DNA from: Calditrichia bacterium
GTDB taxonomy: Bacteria > Calditrichota > Calditrichia > Calditrichales > J004
Assembly: GCA_027006055.1 (NCBI GenBank)
Contig: JALTKX010000085.1
Span: 668-64,667, forward strand
DNA length: 64,000 bases
Reading direction: 5' to 3'
Below the pieces are notes generated by a model. That model was not told where the DNA came from. It saw only the letters and a list, made by a program, of their open reading frames with translations, and ran no database searches. Both the position numbers and the translations under genes were made by a program. How positions within the stretch are numbered: the stretch's first letter is position 1; each line of letters opens with the position of its first letter. This document shows positions 54,150-62,742 of the stretch, piece by piece.

Positions 54150-54376
54150 TTAATTTCCTTTCAAAAATCCGTTCCGCCCTTTAAGCGGAGTCGTTCCCTC
54201 AACAATCCCCCTTAGGATTGCCTCCCTGTGTAAATGAATGAATTTAAAGAAATCAGCGGGTTTTTCAAAACGACAAAACAATGCCCGCGTGCCGCGGAAG
54301 GCCTTTCCCGCCTTTATCTGGGCAGACCCGGCTCATTCTCTCAACTCTTTTGCCATGTGAACGATAATATTACAAA

Positions 54377-57300
54377 ATGATGAGAAGATATATGAAAAAA
54401 GTCCCCTATATATACTTTTTATTCCTGATTCCCTGGCTTTCGCTTTTAGGACAAAAGCCCTATTTGCAGTTTGAACACTATACTTCCGCTCAGGGCCTTT
54501 CCCAGAACTCGGTGTATGCCATTATCCAGGATAGGCAAGGCTTTATGTGGTTTGCCACGCAGGACGGCTTAAATCGTTTTGACGGCTACGGTTTTAAAAT
54601 TTTCCGCAATGAGAACCACCTGAAAAGCACGGCTTCAAACTATATCTACTCCATGGCCGAAGACGCCCATGGGCGCATCTGGATAGGAACAACCACGGGA
54701 CTGGCGATTTTTGATCCCAAAAACGGCAGTTATACGGACGTGGAAATAACCCGCGACACCGAAATCAACCAGGTAGTACGCGCAACGGACGGCAGCATGT
54801 GGGTGGCCATCAACAAGCTGGGTATTTTCCATTTTTCCAGCGATGGCGAAACAATGGGCCATTATTTAAACGAACTTGTTTCCCCGGAAATAACCTTTTT
54901 GTATGAGGATAATAAAAAAAGGATATGGGCCGGCAGCGCCAACCGGGGTATTTCGATATATAATCCCTCCTCCGGTACATTCAGCGCGCTCAAAGACCCC
55001 GCGTTGCAAAAGATCACCGTTTCGGCCATTAGAATGACGCCCGGCGGCGAGACATGGATCGGCAGCCGGCAAAACGGGCTGCTGCGCTACAGGGAAAACG
55101 CCCATACATTTGAGTCCGTAACGGCGGATGACGGGCAATCGGGGCTGTCGAGCAATAATATCAAATACATATTTTCGGACAGCAAAAAGCGAATCTGGAT
55201 TGCCAGCGAGGAAGGATTGAACCTTTTCAATGAAGAACGACAGACTTTTTACAAATATAACTACGACCAGGCCGACCCCAACGGCCTTAGCAACGATGAT
55301 ATCAATTTTATTTTTGAAGACCGTTCCGGAGCGTTGTGGATAGCCATGAACAACACCGGGATATGCCGATACAGTCCCAATCTGACCTATTTTAAAAATT
55401 ACGACGCCCAATCCAACGGCTCATTTTTACCTTCCAATATCGTTTGGTCCTTTTATGAAGACGATGACGGTGAATTGTTAATCGGAACCGAAAACGGCCT
55501 GACCATATACAATCCCCGGACAGGTTCGGCACGGATTGTCAATACGGAAAACTCCCCGTTATCGCACAACACGATCCGCCATATTCATAAGGATGAGGCC
55601 GGTTTTTTCTGGCTGGCCAGCGACGGAGGGGGGCTGATACGCTTTGACAAAAAAACGGGACGGATAAAGACATTTTTAAACGATCCCGCCGATTCCACCT
55701 CCCTCTCCAACAATCGCTTGCGCTACATTTTCCCCCGTGATGCCGGCAGCCTGTGGGTGGCGACTCTCGAGGGATTAAATATTTTTAATATTACATCAAA
55801 CACATTTAAGCTGTTGCAAAAAAGTACATCCTCTAAAAATACTCTCTCGGACGATCGTATTCTCAGCTTGTATCAATACCGTGACGGCCCTCTGTTTATC
55901 GGCACCTATAATGGCCTGTCGCTTTACAATGAAAAAACCAATACCTTTAGGAATTTTCATAAGGATAAAGATAACCCTGCTTCCATAAGCTCCAACATCG
56001 TCATTTCCGCCCTTCACCGGAGGGAAGACCCGGAAGATGTTTTCTGGCTGGGCACATCCGAGGGATTGAATCGCTTTAACCTAAGCACGGGAGAGTTTAA
56101 AAGCTTTACAACGCGGGACGGCTTGCCTAACAACATCATTTATTCCATTGAAGAAGACAGGCAGGGCCACCTGTGGATGGCTACCAACAAGGGCTTGTCA
56201 CAAATGGATGTTGAGGCGCAACACTTCCGTAATTTTAACCTGAAGGATGGTTTAAGAAACGATGAGTTCAGCGCCAACGCCTCCATCGCCCTAAAAAACG
56301 GCCAGCTTTGGTTTGGTGGCGTGGAAGGGATTACAGCCTTTACCCCGGAAGAGATCGGTATAAACAAAAACGTACCGCCCATTGCCATCACCTCCTTTTC
56401 CATTTATGACAGGGAGCTGCCCGTGGACAGCATTCTGGCCGTCAAACCCCGTATCGACCTCAGCTACGCGGATAAGTTTTTCAAGATACAGTTTGCCGCG
56501 CTGGAGTTCACCAATCCCCTTAAAAACCGTTACAAATATAAACTGGAGGGCTTTGACAGCAAATGGATTGACGCGGGGTATAATCACAGCGCAAGCTATA
56601 CCAATCTTGATGGCGGAGAGTATGTTTTCCGGGTTATCGCTTCCAACAACGACGGAATCTGGAATGAAAAAGGTCTGGAAATCCCCATCTACATAAAACC
56701 CCCGTTCTGGGAAACGGTTTGGTTTATTGGCGCTTTAATTTCCCTGGTTCTTCTGGGTATTGCCTTCTTTGTCCATTTACGCCTTAACGCCATAAAGCGC
56801 CAAAGAGAGGAACTAAAGGAAAAAGTACGCGAACGTACCTCGGAGTTGTTAAAACGGAATGTTGAGCTTAAGAGAAGTCAGGCGGAACAGAAGCGCATAC
56901 TGCACAATGTGGAAGAAGGCTTTTTCCTGCTGGATAGCGGTATGAAGATACAAAACGCCTATTCAAAATCGCTGGAAACCATTCTGGAGGACGACGCGAT
57001 CGCGGAACGTCCCATATTTGACGTCCTGGCCGGACATATCGGGGAAAAAGAGATGGATATGACCCGGGACTATCTGAACATGCTTTTTGAGGATACCCTG
57101 GATGAAGAGCTTATTGCCAGCCTGAATCCGTTAAACCGCATAAAAACGATATTTAAGAACGGGGATGATGACACCCTTACGACGAAATATCTTGACTTCC
57201 GTTTTAAACGCATTACCGAGTTCGATAAAATTTCGGGTATAATCGCCACGGTCAGCGATGTAACGGAAGAACATCTATTAGGAATTAAACTGGCCGAAAC

Positions 57301-58288
57301 CGAAGCCAAATCCAAAAAGCAGATGGAATGGATGCTGGGCATTTTGCACATTGAACCGCATATGCTGATTGAGTTTAATGAATCAGCCCACAGGGAACTG
57401 GATTATATAAATACCATTATGGCCGGCAATGAGAGTCGCGCCGACTATCCCCGGCTAAGCGAACAGATCGCCCGCTCCCTGCACCTGATCAAGGGCAATG
57501 CCAATCTCCTTAATCTTGAATATTTTGCCAATATGGTTCACCGGATTGAAGAAAAATCCAATAAACTTTGTTGCCGTTCCCCCTTAAGCGGCAGTGATTT
57601 TATTCCTGTTTTTATGGATCTGGACCGCTTAAAGAAAGAACTAAACGAGCTGGGCAAGCTGATAGAACGCATGGCCCGGTTTTCATCCGGCACACCTGGT
57701 GACGGGGAGAAAAAGAGCAAAAAGAAAGACCTTATTCACACACTCCGCAACTATGCTGACAAGATCGCCTCGGAAATGGGATTGCGCGTTCATTTAAAGG
57801 CGCAACCTTTTCATACACAAAACATCCCCCTTAAACAGCTTATGGTTCTTAAGGATATATTTATTCAGCTTGTACGCAACAGTCTGAGCCATGGTATTGA
57901 ACCGCCGGAAGAACGCAGGGAACGGGGTAAGCGGGAAACCGGGACGATTGAAATAAGTCTGGAAAAGGAATCCGACTCCATGCTAGTCATTCGTTACACG
58001 GATGACGGCCGTGGATTGCAATATGACAAGATTAAACAGAAAGCCTGTACCCGCGCCGCGCATGACGACGCGGAACTGGATAAGTGGAGCAAGCCCCAAC
58101 TGGCGGAACTTATTTTTGAACCCGGCTTTACCTCCAAGGAGAAAGCGGATATGTACAGTGGTCGCGGCATGGGGATGGACCTTGTGCGCGACCGCCTAAA
58201 AAAACACGGGGGCGGGATTGAAGTAGAATCCAAAGAGGGCGAATATTGTACCTTTATTATTAAATTGTCATTGACACACAGAAATTGA
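54377..58288 (+). CDS. Sensor kinase: periplasmic two-component-regulator beta-propeller repeats + Y_Y_Y domain - TM - coiled coil/PAS-like - Hpt - CheA-type ATPase core (no CheW-like domain)
   Basis: The N-terminus has many repeats of the (D/S)..G.(L/I)W(I/V)(A/G)T..GL..(F/Y) type. Then YKYKLEGFDSKWIDAG (Y_Y_Y) and the TM helix WFIGALISLVLLGIAFFVHL. The Hpt reads SLHLIKGNANLL. The kinase boxes read QLVRNSLSHGIEPPEERRERGKRETGTIEI, DDGRGL and SGRGMGMDLVRDRLKKHGGGIEVES, which closely follow CheA P4. The start could also be 54380 or 54392. Confidence 0.85.
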   Translation: MMRRYMKKVPYIYFLFLIPWLSLLGQKPYLQFEHYTSAQGLSQNSVYAIIQDRQGFMWFATQDGLNRFDGYGFKIFRNENHLKSTASNYIYSMAEDAHGRIWIGTTTGLAIFDPKNGSYTDVEITRDTEINQVVRATDGSMWVAINKLGIFHFSSDGETMGHYLNELVSPEITFLYEDNKKRIWAGSANRGISIYNPSSGTFSALKDPALQKITVSAIRMTPGGETWIGSRQNGLLRYRENAHTFESVTADDGQSGLSSNNIKYIFSDSKKRIWIASEEGLNLFNEERQTFYKYNYDQADPNGLSNDDINFIFEDRSGALWIAMNNTGICRYSPNLTYFKNYDAQSNGSFLPSNIVWSFYEDDDGELLIGTENGLTIYNPRTGSARIVNTENSPLSHNTIRHIHKDEAGFFWLASDGGGLIRFDKKTGRIKTFLNDPADSTSLSNNRLRYIFPRDAGSLWVATLEGLNIFNITSNTFKLLQKSTSSKNTLSDDRILSLYQYRDGPLFIGTYNGLSLYNEKTNTFRNFHKDKDNPASISSNIVISALHRREDPEDVFWLGTSEGLNRFNLSTGEFKSFTTRDGLPNNIIYSIEEDRQGHLWMATNKGLSQMDVEAQHFRNFNLKDGLRNDEFSANASIALKNGQLWFGGVEGITAFTPEEIGINKNVPPIAITSFSIYDRELPVDSILAVKPRIDLSYADKFFKIQFAALEFTNPLKNRYKYKLEGFDSKWIDAGYNHSASYTNLDGGEYVFRVIASNNDGIWNEKGLEIPIYIKPPFWETVWFIGALISLVLLGIAFFVHLRLNAIKRQREELKEKVRERTSELLKRNVELKRSQAEQKRILHNVEEGFFLLDSGMKIQNAYSKSLETILEDDAIAERPIFDVLAGHIGEKEMDMTRDYLNMLFEDTLDEELIASLNPLNRIKTIFKNGDDDTLTTKYLDFRFKRITEFDKISGIIATVSDVTEEHLLGIKLAETEAKSKKQMEWMLGILHIEPHMLIEFNESAHRELDYINTIMAGNESRADYPRLSEQIARSLHLIKGNANLLNLEYFANMVHRIEEKSNKLCCRSPLSGSDFIPVFMDLDRLKKELNELGKLIERMARFSSGTPGDGEKKSKKKDLIHTLRNYADKIASEMGLRVHLKAQPFHTQNIPLKQLMVLKDIFIQLVRNSLSHGIEPPEERRERGKRETGTIEISLEKESDSMLVIRYTDDGRGLQYDKIKQKACTRAAHDDAELDKWSKPQLAELIFEPGFTSKEKADMYSGRGMGMDLVRDRLKKHGGGIEVESKEGEYCTFIIKLSLTHRN

Positions 58289-58306
58289 TTGTACCAGAGG
58301 GGGGAA

Positions 58307-58690
58307 ATGGTGAATGATCAAATTAAGATAATGGTGGTGGATGATTCCTCCATTATCCGTAAAATTATACAACGGGGGGTTACCGAGAAGAACTACCAGC
58401 TTGTGGGCACTGCTTCAAATGGCCTGGAAGCCATTGACCTTTTTAAAGAAAACCCGGCTGATATTGTGACCCTGGATATTACCATGCCCGAAATGGATGG
58501 CCTGGTTGTCCTGGAACATTTATTGCAAATAAAGCCCGATGTACAGGTTATTGTCATCAGTGCCCTGTCGGATAAGGCCACGGCCATAGAGGCCATTAAA
58601 AAAGGGGCCAAATCATTTATACCCAAACCCTTCACTACGGAGCAGGTACAACAAACCATTCAAAAGCTTGCCGAAAAGGTGGCTGTATGA
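58307..58690 (+). CDS. CheY-like single-domain response regulator
   Basis: MVVDDSS...TLDITMPEMDG...SALS...IPKPF. The ATG at 58307 follows a G-rich RBS. The tracked TTG at 58289 is less likely. Confidence 0.88.
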   Translation: MVNDQIKIMVVDDSSIIRKIIQRGVTEKNYQLVGTASNGLEAIDLFKENPADIVTLDITMPEMDGLVVLEHLLQIKPDVQVIVISALSDKATAIEAIKKGAKSFIPKPFTTEQVQQTIQKLAEKVAV

Positions 58691-59133
58691 CAAATTCCGA
58701 ACTTAAATATGTTGTAGACACAACCGTTAACTTTTTTAAGGAAACAACGGGCGCTCCGGCTGAATGCGGCGTCCCCTACACAAAAAACGGTTCGCCGATC
58801 ATGCTGGAATACAGTGGCATCATCGGTATTTCCGGAAAGCGCAAGGGCAGTATCTACTTTACATCCGGGCAGAGCCTGTTGCAAGGCATGGCAATGAAAA
58901 TGCTGGGGGTTAAGGAAGTGGGTACTGATGACTTTAAGGACCTTTCCGGTGAAATAGCCAACACCATAAGCGGAAATCTGCGCAAGGTGTTCGGCCGGGA
59001 GTTTCATATTTCAGTGCCGGTGATCGTTGAAGGACGGGCCCGGGATATCAAACTGCCCAGGGATATCGACGCCTACATCATACCCATAAACTGGAATGGT
59101 AACAAAGCCTATCTTGTTGTCGGCCTGGAATAA
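58687..59133 (+). CDS. CheX-family CheY-P phosphatase-like protein
   Basis: 148 aa. DLSGEIAN fits the CheC/CheX D-x3-E-x2-N motif, and the overall size and pattern are CheX-like. ATGA overlap with the CheY gene. Confidence 0.72.
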   Translation: MTNSELKYVVDTTVNFFKETTGAPAECGVPYTKNGSPIMLEYSGIIGISGKRKGSIYFTSGQSLLQGMAMKMLGVKEVGTDDFKDLSGEIANTISGNLRKVFGREFHISVPVIVEGRARDIKLPRDIDAYIIPINWNGNKAYLVVGLE

Positions 59134-59139
59134 GGTGTG

Positions 59140-59961
59140 TTACAGAAAAATATCGGGATGGATTTTATCCTTGTAGGCAGGGTTATAAGCATAACGATCA
59201 AAATCGTCATAGCCGCATTCCCGCAGAAAAGGTTCATCCAGCAGGGTGTTGCCGCTTAGTCCCTGCCTGCTCACTATTTCGTAGGCGGCGTCCGCCATGA
59301 TGTCCGGTTTGCGGCAATGATTAAGCATCCCGGGGCCGCCCACGGCAAACTCGATGGCCGCCGTGGCAATCAACGTTGCCGGCCACAGGGTGTTTACCGA
59401 TATCCCATCCTGTTCAAATTCGGCCGCCATACCCAGGGAAAGCATGGTCATGCCGTATTTGCTGACCGTATAGGGGCTATAATCCTTTAACCATTTAACA
59501 TCCATATTCACAGGTGGCGAAAGACTTAGAATATGCGCATTTTCCGCTTCTTTAAGATAGGGGTGCGCGGCGCGGGCACATAAATAAACCGCCCGTGCGT
59601 TCACCTGGTGCATGCGATCAAATAGTTTTGGCGTGGTTTTTTCCACCCCCGTCAGCGATATGGCACCCGCATTATTGATAAGACCATTAATTCCTCCAAA
59701 AGTCTTTACGGCCATCGCCACCATGTTTTCTACTTCTCCGGCAAACCGTACATCGGTTTTAACGGCCAGGCCCCGGCCCCCGGCTTCCTCCACCTGCCGC
59801 ACCGTTTCCTGAATGGTGCCTTCCAGTTTGGGATGAGGCCGGCCGGTTTTGGCAGCCACGACGATGTTGGCGCCCGCCCCGGCCAATCGCAAGGCAATGG
59901 CCCGGCCAATACCGCGACTGGCTCCGGTTATAATGTATGTTTTATCTTTTAATACCGGCAT
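59140..59961 (-). CDS. Short-chain dehydrogenase/reductase (SDR)
   Basis: ITGASRGIGRAIA (TGxxxGxG), NNAG and YTVSKYG (YxxxK). Confidence 0.88.
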   Translation of the reverse strand: MPVLKDKTYIITGASRGIGRAIALRLAGAGANIVVAAKTGRPHPKLEGTIQETVRQVEEAGGRGLAVKTDVRFAGEVENMVAMAVKTFGGINGLINNAGAISLTGVEKTTPKLFDRMHQVNARAVYLCARAAHPYLKEAENAHILSLSPPVNMDVKWLKDYSPYTVSKYGMTMLSLGMAAEFEQDGISVNTLWPATLIATAAIEFAVGGPGMLNHCRKPDIMADAAYEIVSRQGLSGNTLLDEPFLRECGYDDFDRYAYNPAYKDKIHPDIFL

Positions 59962-60080
59962 GTCATCCTTTCCGGGAAATATTTTGTACTTTTCCCTTTG
60001 CCTATGGTTTTATAAAATTTCGGATCCATTTAATGGATAATTTTTGAATTAAAAACAACGCTAAAAATAAACGAACGAAT

Positions 60081-60545
60081 TCAGGGCAGCTCAAAATAAG
60101 ATAAGACCGCCTCGCGGGCCTTTTCCACATCCGCGGATCTAATGATACAGCACACCGAGGAAACACTGCTCGAAATACCATAGATGTTAACCCCGGCATT
60201 ACCGATATAGGAACAAAAACGAGCCGCGATACCCGGTTTTTCCCGGAAATGCGGCCCATAAATGGCAAATGTGGAAACGTCATCTATCCGCTTAATATTA
60301 AGCCCGCTGATGTTTCCCGGATTCTCCTTCATATAGGTCTCTACCTCATCCACATAACGGCTTTCAATACAGAGCTGGATTACAAAAAAACCTCCGTCGG
60401 TACTGGATTCCGTCAGATATTCCAGATTTATATTCCTCTGAGCGTAAAACTTAAGAATGCTGCCGGCCACGCCCGGTTTATCCTCGGCCTGCGTGATGCG
60501 ATACAGTGTAAGGCCGTTGTTTAGCATTATACCGCCTATTTTCAT
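60081..60545 (-). CDS. Stand-alone tandem ACT-domain protein
   Basis: 154 aa with two beta-alpha-beta-beta-alpha-beta units resembling the aspartate-kinase regulatory ACT pair (DKPGVAGSIL..., EKPGIAARFC...). Confidence 0.65.
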   Translation of the reverse strand: MKIGGIMLNNGLTLYRITQAEDKPGVAGSILKFYAQRNINLEYLTESSTDGGFFVIQLCIESRYVDEVETYMKENPGNISGLNIKRIDDVSTFAIYGPHFREKPGIAARFCSYIGNAGVNIYGISSSVSSVCCIIRSADVEKAREAVLSYFELP

Positions 60546-61897
60546 GAAGCGGCCTCCGCCGGTAAAAATATGCTAAAGGTACTGCCGCGCCCCGGAGCGG
60601 AATCCACTTCGATCCATCCTCCCAGATTATCGACAATTTGCCTTACCAGGCTAAGGCCCAGGCCGCTGCCGCTTTCCGCGTACTCTTTTGCCTCGGCGGA
60701 GCGATAAAAAGGATCGAATATCTTTTTCAAATCATCGCCGGCAATGCCGATGCCTTCATCCTGTATGATTACGGCCAGACCTTTCTCTTTTTTTTCGGTG
60801 CGGATATGGATAGTGCCCCCTTCCCGGTTATAACGCACGGCATTCCCCACTACATTTCCAAATAGTTTTTGCAGACTGTTTTTATCCGCCAAAATCAGGG
60901 GCAGCTCATCGTCAGAATCGGTTTCAAAGCGCATATGTTTATTTTCCGCTACCGGTCTTTCCATCTCAACAACCTGTTTTAACAGCTCTTTAACATCAAC
61001 ATAGCCGGCCGCTTCGTTTTTCCCTTTCGACTGCTCCCATGAAAGTTCCAGCAGCTCCTTTAACATGCCAAGCATCTGCTCCGCGCGGGCCGAGGCGCGT
61101 TTAAGCAAATGCCGGGCCCGGTCCGGCAACCCGTTTCCGGCGGAGGCCAGCACCACGTCTATGCTGGTTTTTATGGAAACAACCGGTGCTTTAAGTTCAT
61201 GGGAAGTATAGCGATAAAAAGAGCTTTTTTCACTTTCCTTTTCCATCAACAGCCTGTTTAGCTGTTTTACTTCCCGTTGGCTTTTCCGGAAAAGTTTCAT
61301 AAAACTTGTGCATATATGCGTTGTCAGAAAAACGGTTGTTGTAAAAACGGCCACGCTGAGAATATTCAGATACGGGTTTTGATGAAACTGCGCTTCATAA
61401 AGACAATTATGGGCGATAAAATGATAAAACTCGGCCCATACAAGAACATTAAACAACAAAAAGACAAATGTTGTGAAAAGATATGGAAGGTTTTTGGGGA
61501 AAATAATGCTGCTGATTATGACATGAAAGATATAGAAAAAATATAACGGGTTCTCAACCCCTCCGGTCAGATGGATCAGCCAGGTCAGGATAAGAACATC
61601 CACAAGCATATGGACGGAAATAAAGGACAGCTCGCCCATCAGGCTGTAATTCTTTTTAAAGATGTAAATGGCCTGGTATATTAAATTCGAAACGGCCAGC
61701 ACGATCAGAGTAAGCCAAATCGACTCGTAGTCCAAAAGAATATCCGCGGAACGTGCCAATAGTATCAACAGAAAAAAACCGGCATTGGCCACCCAGCGCC
61801 AACGTATGGACCACAAGATGCGCGAGTTGAGCATGGTGGCATTTAACAGGGTAAACTGCGCGCCGAGGCTTTCGCTAAAAGAGAGTTTGCTTTTCAT
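60542..61897 (-). CDS. Membrane sensor histidine kinase
   Basis: About six N-terminal TM helices, H-box YTSHELKAPVVSI, and N/G boxes NVVGNAVRY, DEGIGI, GSGLGLSL. 4-nt overlap with the ACT gene. Confidence 0.88.
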   Translation of the reverse strand: MKSKLSFSESLGAQFTLLNATMLNSRILWSIRWRWVANAGFFLLILLARSADILLDYESIWLTLIVLAVSNLIYQAIYIFKKNYSLMGELSFISVHMLVDVLILTWLIHLTGGVENPLYFFYIFHVIISSIIFPKNLPYLFTTFVFLLFNVLVWAEFYHFIAHNCLYEAQFHQNPYLNILSVAVFTTTVFLTTHICTSFMKLFRKSQREVKQLNRLLMEKESEKSSFYRYTSHELKAPVVSIKTSIDVVLASAGNGLPDRARHLLKRASARAEQMLGMLKELLELSWEQSKGKNEAAGYVDVKELLKQVVEMERPVAENKHMRFETDSDDELPLILADKNSLQKLFGNVVGNAVRYNREGGTIHIRTEKKEKGLAVIIQDEGIGIAGDDLKKIFDPFYRSAEAKEYAESGSGLGLSLVRQIVDNLGGWIEVDSAPGRGSTFSIFLPAEAAS

Positions 61898-61906
61898 AAA
61901 TCCCGC

Positions 61907-62293
61907 TCAATAGCCCAGATGCGCTTTAACCTTCTCCACCAGATGATCCGGGTTTACGGGTTTGTCGATAAACTCCTGCACGGGAAGAAAGGCTTTATCC
62001 TTTTCCGGGTCAAAGGAGAAACCGGTCTCCTGACCAACCGCCGAAAGCATGATTATCGGGATATCCCGGGTCTCTTTATGACTTCTCAGGCGGTAAGCCA
62101 CATGGAACCCTTCGTCCTGCTCGCCCATCATAATATCCAGTAAAATCAAATCGGGATGTTCCTTCAGGGCGCGCTCCTCACCCTTTTTACCGGACTGGGC
62201 GTCCAGAACCTCCAGGCCGGCCTCTTCCAGGGTCATGCGCATGGCCTCAACCAGATCGATATCATCATCAATGATAAGCACTTTCTTCTTCAT
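61907..62293 (-). CDS. Single-domain response regulator (REC only)
   Basis: LIIDDD...LLDIMMGE...LSAV...DKP. Confidence 0.85.
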   Translation of the reverse strand: MKKKVLIIDDDIDLVEAMRMTLEEAGLEVLDAQSGKKGEERALKEHPDLILLDIMMGEQDEGFHVAYRLRSHKETRDIPIIMLSAVGQETGFSFDPEKDKAFLPVQEFIDKPVNPDHLVEKVKAHLGY

Positions 62294-62738
62294 ATAACAA
62301 AGCCTCCCTGTTAATCAGGTTTAAAATTTCGGGGATTGCTTTTTTTACCGGAACCGAAAGTTCCGTATCAAAAGCGACACGCTCCGGCTGCACACCGATT
62401 ATTTTACACGGAGCGCACGGGCCCAGTTGCCCGGCCATGCGGTAAACCTCGGCAAAACCAAACCCATGAAGGGAAACATGGCCGGAGACTTCTCCGAGGT
62501 TTGCCTCACTTACATCAAATATTTTTACCGATCCCGGAGGCAGATTCATATCCGCGCAGTCCACCAACACAACAGGAATCTCTTCCAGCAAATGTTCCAG
62601 AACGGTAAACGCATCCGCGCCGGCATCGATTAACCGCAGGGAATCACCCGTGCTCATGGTTTCCAGAACTTCTATGATCTCCGGCCCAATGGCGTCATCT
62701 CCGCGCAGGGCGTTGCCCAGACCAATAACCTTAATCAT
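62268..62738 (-). CDS. [NiFe]-hydrogenase maturation endopeptidase (HyaD/HybD/FrhD family)
   Basis: N-terminal VIGLGNALRGDDAIGPEI and downstream VDCADM...HGFG. It lies immediately downstream of the large-subunit gene. Confidence 0.85.
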   Translation of the reverse strand: MIKVIGLGNALRGDDAIGPEIIEVLETMSTGDSLRLIDAGADAFTVLEHLLEEIPVVLVDCADMNLPPGSVKIFDVSEANLGEVSGHVSLHGFGFAEVYRMAGQLGPCAPCKIIGVQPERVAFDTELSVPVKKAIPEILNLINREALLYEEESAYH

Positions 62739-62742
62739 CGCA

